Positions 52,432 to 64,000 of a DNA stretch of 64,000 bases are shown piece by piece. This DNA is from Alphaproteobacteria bacterium. Its GTDB lineage: Bacteria; Pseudomonadota; Alphaproteobacteria; UBA828. The stretch covers positions 608,523-672,522 of the forward strand of contig CBDCQT010000011.1 of NCBI GenBank assembly GCA_965220745.1. The letters run 5' to 3'. Under the pieces are notes generated by a model. That model worked only from the letters and a program-made list of their open reading frames with translations, did no database searches and was not told the origin of the DNA. Position 1 is the first letter of the stretch; each line of letters opens with the position of its first letter. Both the position numbers and the translations under genes were made by a program.

Positions 52432-53844
52432 ATGAACGACTGCTCTCCCTCGCCGGCCCGAGACGCACATGACGCCTGGGACCGGATCCAGGCAAGGCTG
52501 CGCGCAGAATTGGGCGAGGCCACCTTCGCGAGCTGGCTGGCACCGCTCACCTTGGTCGACGTTGACGGCGAGGAGGTCACCCTCGGCGTTGCCACGCGGT
52601 TCCTCCGCGATTGGATCGAATCGCACTATGCGGATCGCATCGCGGCGCTTTGGGCCGATCATCGGCCAGGCATCCAGGACACCCGCATCGTCATTCATGA
52701 TGGCCTGCCGCCGGATGCGGACGGCAAGCCGCGCACCGCAAGCGAGCGGCCCAAGGCGCGGCGCGACGGCGCTGTGGGCCTGCGCGCGCACGACGAACGG
52801 CTGGATGGCCTCGGCTCGCCGCTCAATAACCGCCTCACCTTCCGAGAATTCGTGGTCGGCGAAAGCAACGAACTCGCCCATGCCGCCGCGCAGCAGGTCG
52901 CCGGCGTCGACCATCTTCCGTTCAACCCGCTCTACCTTTATGGCGGTGTCGGGCACGGCAAGACCCACCTTCTGCACGCCATTGCGTGGTGCATTCGCGG
53001 CCGCGAGCCGTCCCGGCGCGTCCTCTACCTCTCCGCCGAACGGTTCATGTATCGGTTCATTCAGGCAATCCGGCAGAAAGACACGGTGGCGTTCAAGGAG
53101 CGGCTGCGTTCCGCCGACGTGCTGTTGATCGACGACATCCAGTTCATTTGCGACAAGGACAGCACGCAGGAGGAATTTCTCCACACGCTCAACGCGTTGC
53201 TCGACCATCGCTGCCAGGTGGTGGTTTCCGCCGACCGCGCGCCCTCCCGGCTAGACGGGATGGAGGAGCGGCTCAAGTCCCGTCTGGCAGGCGGCCTTGC
53301 GGTCGACATCCTGCCGGCCAATTACGAGCTCCGCCTCGGCATCCTGCGGGAAAAGGCAAGGCCGCTCGGCATCGCCGACGCGCCGCGCGAGGTGCTGGAG
53401 TTCCTGGCCCGGAACATCACCTCCAACGCGCGCGAGCTGGAGATGGCGCTCCACAGCATTGCCGCTCATGCCGCGCTGCTCGGCGGTGCGATTACCCTGC
53501 CGACGACCCAGTGGGTGCTGCGGGACGTGCTCGTTGCGAAGGAGCAGAAGATCACCATCGAGGATATCCAGCTCCGGGTCGCCGCGCACTACAACATCAA
53601 GCCGGCGGAGCTCTCCTCCAACCGACGCTCGCAGGCGGTGGTGAGGCCGCGCCACGTGGCGATGTATCTTGCCAAGCAGCTTACGTCCCGCTCACTGCCG
53701 GAGATCGGCCGCAAGTTCGGCAAGCGCGACCACACCACGGTTCTCTACGCGATCCGCCGCATCGAGGACCTGCGGCCCAAGGACCCCGCCCTCGACGAAG
53801 ACGTGGAGCACCTCCGGCGAAGCCTCGAAGACCCGACCGACTGA
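52432..53844 (+). CDS. dnaA: Chromosomal replication initiator DnaA
   Basis: [48 protein letters not shown]. Confidence 0.96.
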   Translation: MNDCSPSPARDAHDAWDRIQARLRAELGEATFASWLAPLTLVDVDGEEVTLGVATRFLRDWIESHYADRIAALWADHRPGIQDTRIVIHDGLPPDADGKPRTASERPKARRDGAVGLRAHDERLDGLGSPLNNRLTFREFVVGESNELAHAAAQQVAGVDHLPFNPLYLYGGVGHGKTHLLHAIAWCIRGREPSRRVLYLSAERFMYRFIQAIRQKDTVAFKERLRSADVLLIDDIQFICDKDSTQEEFLHTLNALLDHRCQVVVSADRAPSRLDGMEERLKSRLAGGLAVDILPANYELRLGILREKARPLGIADAPREVLEFLARNITSNARELEMALHSIAAHAALLGGAITLPTTQWVLRDVLVAKEQKITIEDIQLRVAAHYNIKPAELSSNRRSQAVVRPRHVAMYLAKQLTSRSLPEIGRKFGKRDHTTVLYAIRRIEDLRPKDPALDEDVEHLRRSLEDPTD

Positions 53845-53986
53845 CAGCGAATACGTGGGAGGGTGCGCGGCAAGGGCTGGTGCACAACGCCCGCGCCCCA
53901 ATAATTCGCCGGTAAGGCTGCGATTTCCGCCACTTCTCCGCTATAATGTGCCCTGATTCGGCGACGATTCAGGGCCTCCCGCGAGC

Positions 53987-55114
53987 ATGAAACTCACGAT
54001 CGAACGCTCCACGCTTTTGAGCTCTCTGGCGCACGTGCAAAGCGTCGTCGAGCGGCGCAACACGATCCCGATTCTTGCCAATGTGCGCATCGATGCGCAG
54101 GGGGGCGACCGCCTGCGGCTCACGGCAACGGACATGGATCTTGCCGTCGTCGACGAGGCCGAGGCCACCGTCGAGCTGGAAGGCGCCGTGACCACGACCG
54201 CGCTCACCCTCTACGACATCGTCCGCAAGCTGCCGGACGGTGCGCAGGTCTCGATGGCTCTCGACGGGAGCGATGGCGGGCAGCTCGACGTAGTCTCGGG
54301 GCGCTCGCGCTTCCGTCTCTCGTGCCTGCCCATCGCCGAGTTTCCGGTGATGGCCGACGACGATCTGCCGTATTCCTTCGAGTTGCCGCGGGATCACTTG
54401 CGGCGCCTGATCGACAAGACCCGCTTCGCCATCTCGACCGAGGAAACCCGCTACTATCTCAACGGCATCCACCTTCATAAGGCCGAGGACCAGGAGGGTA
54501 TCGCGCGGTTGCGCGCCGTCGCCACCGACGGCCACCGGCTCTCCTGCGCCGACGTGGCGCTGCCCGAGGGGGCGGCGGACCTGCCGGCCGTGATCGTGCC
54601 GCGCAAGACCGTGGCCGAAGTGCGCAAGCTGATCGACGACGGCGACGAGCCGGTATCCGTGGCGCTCTCCGAGACCAGGATCCGCTTCGAAGCCGGCGAT
54701 GCCCAGCTCACCTCGAAACTGATCGACGGCTCGTTTCCGGACTACGAGCGGGTGATTCCGCGGGGCAACCAGAACGTGATGACGGTAGCCAGCGGCAGCT
54801 TCGCCGAGGCCGTGGACCGGGTCTCCTCGATCTCCACGGACCGCTCCCACGCCATCAAGCTCTCCATCCGCTCGGGCGCGGTGACGCTCTCGGCCAACAG
54901 CCCCGACACGGGGACCGCGACCGAGGAGCTCGACGCCGACTATGGCGCCGAACCGCTCGATATCGGCCTCAACGCGCGCTACGTGCTGGACGTCGCCAGT
55001 CAGATCGACAGCGATTCGATGCGATTCTTCTTCGGCGATGCCGGCTCGCCGTCACTGGTACGGGACACCGGCGATTCCGGCTCGCTCCACGTCATCATGC
55101 CGCTCCGCGTCTAG
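53987..55114 (+). CDS. dnaN: DNA polymerase III beta clamp
   Basis: QSVVERRNTIPIL, STEETRYYLNG, ATDGHRL, LIDGSFPDY, VIMPLRV. Confidence 0.97.
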   Translation: MKLTIERSTLLSSLAHVQSVVERRNTIPILANVRIDAQGGDRLRLTATDMDLAVVDEAEATVELEGAVTTTALTLYDIVRKLPDGAQVSMALDGSDGGQLDVVSGRSRFRLSCLPIAEFPVMADDDLPYSFELPRDHLRRLIDKTRFAISTEETRYYLNGIHLHKAEDQEGIARLRAVATDGHRLSCADVALPEGAADLPAVIVPRKTVAEVRKLIDDGDEPVSVALSETRIRFEAGDAQLTSKLIDGSFPDYERVIPRGNQNVMTVASGSFAEAVDRVSSISTDRSHAIKLSIRSGAVTLSANSPDTGTATEELDADYGAEPLDIGLNARYVLDVASQIDSDSMRFFFGDAGSPSLVRDTGDSGSLHVIMPLRV

Positions 55115-55411
55115 CCCGGATTTCTCACCAATGTCACGGCCTGCGTCGCTCCCAGGTGTTCGATCCGCAAGAAGCGGGCCGAAAAGCGTATCGGGGAATA
55201 CGGTTGAGGCCCGCGACGCTGCGGGCGGGCGCCTGGGCGCGACCCGAAGGGCGGCGCTCTCCGGGCGACAGGGTTCGTCAAGTCGCTTGCCCGATGTCCC
55301 TGCATCGCGCGCTCCTGCGCGCGTGGGACGCGCGACGCGCTGCGCGCCTTTCCTGCCCTGTCGGCCGGACAGCGCCGCGCAGACCATGATCTTGGTGAGA
55401 AAGCCGGGCTA
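55112..55411. mobile_element. MITE copy 2 (~296 bp) inserted in the dnaN stop codon
   Basis: TIRs gcccgg(a/c)tttctcaccaa flanked by TA. About 30 substitutions by hand count plus one 30-bp insert relative to copy 1. Confidence 0.8.
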
Positions 55412-55412
55412 A

Positions 55413-59059
<3,647 letters not shown>

Positions 59060-59080
59060 CGTCCCTCTCCCCGCCGGCTG

Positions 59081-61060
59081 ATGGCATCACGCCGCCGTAC
59101 GCCGCCGCCGAAGCGGCCTCGCAAGCCGGCAAAGAAGCCCGCGCAGGCGCGCGCCAAGCCCAGCGGAGCCAAGGACAAGGCGGCTCCCAAAAAGCCGAAG
59201 GCCGCGCCGAAAACGCCCAGAGCGGCGCCCAAGAATCCGAAATCGGGCGGCACGAAAGCCCGCCGGCCGGCCAAGCCCCCGCGCCGGCGGCTCGGCTGGC
59301 GCATCGCCAAGTGGAGCGCCGTCTTCGTCCTCTGGCTGATCGTGCTGGGCGCGGCCTTCGTCGGCTACTACGCCCATGACCTGCCCGACACCGGGCACCT
59401 GACCGGGCCCGAGACGCCGCTCTCGATCACCGTGCTGGCGGCGGACGGCTCCGAGGTCGCCACCGTAGGCGAGATGTGGGGCGAGCTGGTGCCGGTCCAG
59501 GAGATGGCGACAGTGCTGCCCCAGGCGGTTCTCGCGATCGAGGACCGGCGTTTCTACACCCACGGCGGCATCGATGCCTTCGGCGTGATCCGCGCGGCCT
59601 GGCAGAACGCGGTTGAGGGGCGCGTGGTGGCCGGCGGCAGCACGATCTCCCAGCAGGTGGCGAAACTGGTGTTCCTTTCGCCGGAGCGCACCGTCCGCCG
59701 CAAGATTCAGGAGGCGATGCTCGCCTTCTGGCTGGAGCGCGAGTTCAGCAAGGAAGAAATTCTCACGATCTACCTCAACCGCGCCTACTTCGGCGCTGGC
59801 GCCTATGGCGTCGACGCGGCGGCGCGGCGCTATTTCGGCCGCTCGGCACGGGATGTCGACCTGGCGCAGGCCGCCATGATCGCGGGCCTGTTGAGGGCGC
59901 CCTCGCGCTACAGCCCTGCCAACGACCTCGCGCTGGCGCGCAGGCGTGCCGGTGTCGTCGTCGATGCGATGGTAGACGCCGACTTTCTCGGCGAGGACCA
60001 GGGTACGGCGGCAAGCGCGCGCGCGAAGTCACTCACCGTCGCCCCGCGGAGCGGCCCGGCGGCGGGCTACTTCGTCGTTGTCGATTGGGTGCGCGAGCAG
60101 GTGCCCGGCTATGTCGGGCGCGACCACGGGGCGCTCCGGGTGTTCACGACCCTTGATCCTAAGCGCCAGCGGACGGCGCAGGGCTGCGCTTGCCGAGACG
60201 CTGGCCGCCGCCGGCAAAAGCCGCAGGATCGGACAGGGCGCCCTGGTCGCGCTGGATGAGAGCGGCGCCGTGCGTGCCATGGTGGGCGGGCGCGACCACG
60301 CCAGGAGCGTGTTCAACCGGGCGACGCAGGCGCACCGGCAGCCGGGCTCGGCCTTCAAGACGGTGGTCTATCTCGCTGCCATCGAGGAGGGGCTCAGTCC
60401 CGACGACAGGGTCGAGGACGCGCCCATCACCATCGGCGGCTGGTCGCCCCGCAACTACGACGACGAATACCGGGGCCCGGTGACGGTGCGGGAGGGTTTT
60501 GCGCGCTCGATCAACACGGTGGCGGTAAGGGTGGGACTTAAGGGCAGGCGTGAAGCGCATCCGGGAGACCGCGCGCAGGCTCGGCATCGAGAGCACGCTC
60601 CCCGCCGATGCCAGCATCGCGCTCGGCACCGGCGAGGTGACGCTGCTGGAGCTGACCTCGGCCTATGCGGCGCTCGCCAACGGTGGTGCGCGGGGTGCTG
60701 CCCCACGGCATCGCCGAGATCCGCAACCGCGCGGGCGACGTGCTCTACAGCCGAGCAGGTTCCGGCGCTGGCCGGGCGGCGGAGAGACCAGCGGTGGTCG
60801 CGATGCGCGACCTGCTCGGCGCCGCCGTGACCAACGGCACCGGCCGCGCCGCCCGGCTGCCGCAGGGCCTGGGCCCGGCCTACGGTAAGACCGGCACCAG
60901 CCAGAAGTTCCGCGATGCGTGGTTCGTCGGCTGGGCCGGGGGCCTCGTGGCCGGGGTCTGGCTGGGCAACGACGACGGCAGCCCGATGGACGAAGTGACC
61001 GGCGGCAGCTATCCGGCCGAAACCTGGCGCCGCTTCATGGTGGATGCACTTTTGACAGCC
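59081..61060 (+). CDS. PBP1A-family transglycosylase/transpeptidase, apparently frameshifted (~60185, ~60540, ~60690)
   Basis: EDRRF..H.GID, GSTISQQ, RKIQE; then QPGSAFK, SINT and KTGT in successive frames. End approximate. Confidence 0.75.
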
Positions 61061-61226
61061 TTTTTCGCTCACGGCAGCCGGCCGTCGCGCGAGTCCGCGC
61101 GCCTATGGGCGCGACGGCCGGCGCCTCCGCGTCGCGCGTCCACGCGCGCAGGCGCGCGATGGCGCCGCATTCGCGGCGGGCCGCGGTCGCGGCCTGTCGC
61201 GAGCCCGTCACAGACGGGCTCGCTCC
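61061..61226 (-). repeat. Structured intergenic repeat family B, copy B
   Basis: Matches 47362-47501. Starts 6 bp after the cobB stop and carries a 27-bp insert at 61132-61158. Confidence 0.8.
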
Positions 61227-61232
61227 GAGCGC

Positions 61233-62534
61233 TCAAGCCAGGTCGATCAGGTGGATGAAGGAGCCGGAGACCGTGCCGCGGGTCATGCCGGCGTGACCGA
61301 GCTGCATGCCCGTGGCGTCCTGGGTCGTAAACAGCGGCTGCTCCGCTTCCTCGGAAACCACGCGGCAATAGTGAAACTCGTGACCCCGAAAACTCGTCCC
61401 AGACGCGCCGAGGGGGCCCGTAGAGGCCAGGCGCGCGTGGCGATAGCCGAGCGAAAGGCGGCGCTCGCGAAAGCTGGTCTCCAGCGGCAGCAGCCCGGCC
61501 ATGGCGTGGCGTTGGCCGTCGCCGTCGGTGAGCCCCCGGCCCAGCACCATGTAGCCCCCGCATTCGCCGAACACGGCGGCGCCACGCGCTGCCGCGCCGC
61601 GCAGCCCGTCTAGAAAGCGCGCCGCACCGGCGATGCGCCCAGCGTGCAGCTCAGGATAGCCGCCCGGCAGGTAGACCGCGTCGGCATCCGGATCGGGCGC
61701 CTCGTCCGCCAGCGGCGAGAAAGGCAGGACCGCCGCGCCGGCAGCCTGCCAGTCCTCCAACAGCGCGTCGTAGCAGAAGCCGAACGCCGTATCGCGCGCG
61801 ACCGCGATCCGCTGGCCGAGGGGCGGGATCGCCGCACCCCGGTGCCATCCCGGAGGCGATCCGGAGAGGGCGCGCCAGGGCCGCGAGCGCGCCGGTACCC
61901 ACAGCGCGGGCGACGACCGCCGCCGCGTTGTCCACCCACGACCTCTCGCTCTCGCAGGCCTGCACGAGACCGAGGTGGCGCGAGGGCAGGCTCAGCGCCT
62001 CGTCTCGCGGCACGGGCCGAGCACAGCGATCGAGCGCGCGTCGAGGGCATCCCGCAGCAACCGCTCGTGCGTCGCCCCCGCCACCCGGTTGAGGATAACG
62101 CCGGCGACCGTCACGTCCGCGCGGTGACCCGAAAAGCCTTCCGCGAGCGCTGCCACCGAGGCGCCCTGGCCGCGGGCGTCCACTACAAGCACCACGGGCA
62201 GGCCCAGCCGGGCCGCAAGGTCGGCGGTGGAGCCACTGCCGTCGCGGGCGCCGTCGAAGAGGCCCATCGCGCCCTCGCCGATGACGAGGTCGGCGCCTGC
62301 GCAGAGCGCGGCCAACCGGCGCGCCAGGGTCTCGGGCCGCATCCCCCAGGGGTCGAGATTGACACAGTCGTGGCCAGTGGCGAGCCGGTGATAGCCGGGG
62401 TCGATGTAGTCAGGGCCCGCCTTGAAGGCGCGGACGGCACGGCCGCTTTCGCGAAAATGCGCCAGGAGGCCCGCGCACAGCACGGTCTTGCCGCTGCCCG
62501 ACGCCGGCGCGGCGAGGATGACGCCCGAGGCCAC
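61233..62534 (-). CDS. cobB: Cobyrinate a,c-diamide synthase, apparently frameshifted (~62015, ~61840)
   Basis: SGSGKT, KAGPDYIDP, EGAMGLFDG, LPSRHLGLVQ, YLPGGYPELH, ECGGYM and GHEFHY spread over three frames. Confidence 0.85.
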
Positions 62535-62540
62535 GGACGC

Positions 62541-63247
62541 TCAGCCCGGTGAGCTCGCGCTCGATTTCGAGAGCGATCTGCGTGGGCCCCTGGGTCGGCA
62601 GGTAATGCTGGATGAACGTGCCGTCCGGCCCATCAGGTAGAACAGCGACGTGTGGTCGACTTGATAGCTGGTATCGTCCGGCCCGTCTGCCTGCGAGCGC
62701 CGGGTGATGCCGAAGGACTGGAGCGCTTGCGCCACCTGCACGTCCGAGCCGGTGAGCCCGATCAGGCCGGGGAGCTGCGCGACATAGGCGGCGAGCTTCT
62801 CCACGTGTCGCGCTGGGGATCGACGGTGACGAATATCGGCTGTACCGTCATGTTCTGAGCCGCCAGATCCTCGACCACCTGCGCCATGACCAGCATGGCA
62901 GACGGGCAGACATCCGGGCACCAAGTGAAGCCGAAATAGTAGAGCGAATACGCGCCGTGGAAGTCCTCGTCGGTGCGCAGCGTGCCGGTGTGGTCGACCA
63001 GGGAGAAATCGCCGACGACCTGGTCCGGCGAGACCGCCATGCGGGAGACGTGGCTCTGATCCATGGGGCCGAAAATCGAGCCCGAGCCATCCATCTGCGT
63101 GTAGATCAGGATCGCGCCGATCACCAGGATCCAGAGCAGCGGGTTGCGGCCCAGGGGCGACTGCCTGCCGCCGCCACGCCCAGGCTGCTGGTCGCCGCCA
63201 CCGCCGGACGGCGGACCCATGCCGAATTTGCCGAGTTCCTTCCACAT
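62541..63247 (-). CDS. SCO family copper chaperone, apparently frameshifted (~62805, ~62620)
   Basis: YFGFTWCPDVCP, FVTVDPQRD, then GLTG and YQVDHTS in the next frame. Confidence 0.8.
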
Positions 63248-63429
63248 GAGCTGGTTTACGTGCTCGGGGAGTGTTCAGGACGCCAGACTAGCCCTGCTGT
63301 GGCCCGTTGGGCAAGTTGCAGAAGGATAGAGCCGATGCTTGGGGTTACAATAATGGCGGAGGGAATTTAGAACTAAGGAATTCCACCAAGGAGGTTGGCA
63401 GGGCAAATGCTCTACTGGCGAAGTCGTAG

Positions 63430-64000
63430 CTACTTGGAACTTACGCGCCCGCGAACACTCTCCTTATAGGTTCTACGAAGATGGCTCCGCTCATCGTTCG
63501 TCAGGTCCCGACCTAGCGTATCCCGCGCCCTCGCCAGAAGCGGCCGATCATACTCGGGAGGGACGACAGGAATTGCGAGAGATATGTTCATGCAATCTGC
63601 CAATCCGAGCATCATCGATCCCAGGGACGATTTCGGCGATCAGGTGGGCCAATTGAACCTTAACGTCGCCGCCGATATTGCTGGTGGCTGGAGCAGCAGC
63701 CTTTCGGATATCGTCCGACTCGAATTGCGGCTCGGAAGTTACCTTGAGGAACGTGGATACCGTCTCCCTATCCCATTCGGTCGTCGTATCGGCTGCAAGC
63801 AATAGTTGTTTTGATTGCGAGCCGCGACTGGGCACGATTCCGAGAAGATGGACCCTGACTCCGAGTCCTTGGGATATTTCCACGCCGATGCGGACATCTT
63901 CGTCTCCCGACATTAGCAACGCGTCGGAAATTGCGTGGTTGCGTGCTAAGTCGATTAGATCGGTGACAATGAGAGAATCCACGCCTTTCTGCTGTCCCCG
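63430..64000 (-). CDS. NYN/LabA-DUF88 PIN-like domain protein (partial; probable frameshift near 63560-63620)
   Basis: GQQKGVDSLIVTDLIDLA, LLMSGDEDV, GVRVHLLG. GC content is visibly lower than the rest of the window. Confidence 0.75.

Overview
High-GC alphaproteobacterial (Rhodospirillales-like) core-chromosome window. It holds mostly housekeeping genes: aspartate aminotransferase, msrP, trxB with an LsrB/VtlR-type LysR, aapJQMP, lppC/rsmI/yraN/BON/gshB, tRNA-Gly(GCC), a DEAD-box helicase, rne, hrcA-grpE-dnaK-dnaJ-dapB, chorismate mutase-hisC-tyrA, metX/metW, PHA genes, ubiE/ubiB, mutM, rpsT, dnaA-dnaN-recF-gyrB, PBP1A, cobB, SCO and a partial NYN nuclease. The least explained signals are non-coding. 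(i) A ~266-296 bp TIR-bounded MITE occurs twice, and one copy sits exactly in the dnaN stop codon. (ii) A second ~140-165 bp repeat lies just 3' of stop codons and shows compensatory base changes. (iii) A ~27-30 bp palindromic mini-module is present in one copy and absent from the other copy of both repeat families, and recurs in a REP-like element. Also notable are an AbcR/BjrC1505-like sRNA with an LsrB box, an orphan HigA antitoxin with a near-consensus promoter upstream of rne, a ~200-bp overlap between two PHA-locus genes, and an uncharacterised Cys/His-rich protein coupled to a glutamine-synthetase-like ligase. Frameshifts cluster in the last 4 kb and are probably sequencing errors. All calls are by eye from the sequence and ORF track; no searches were run.
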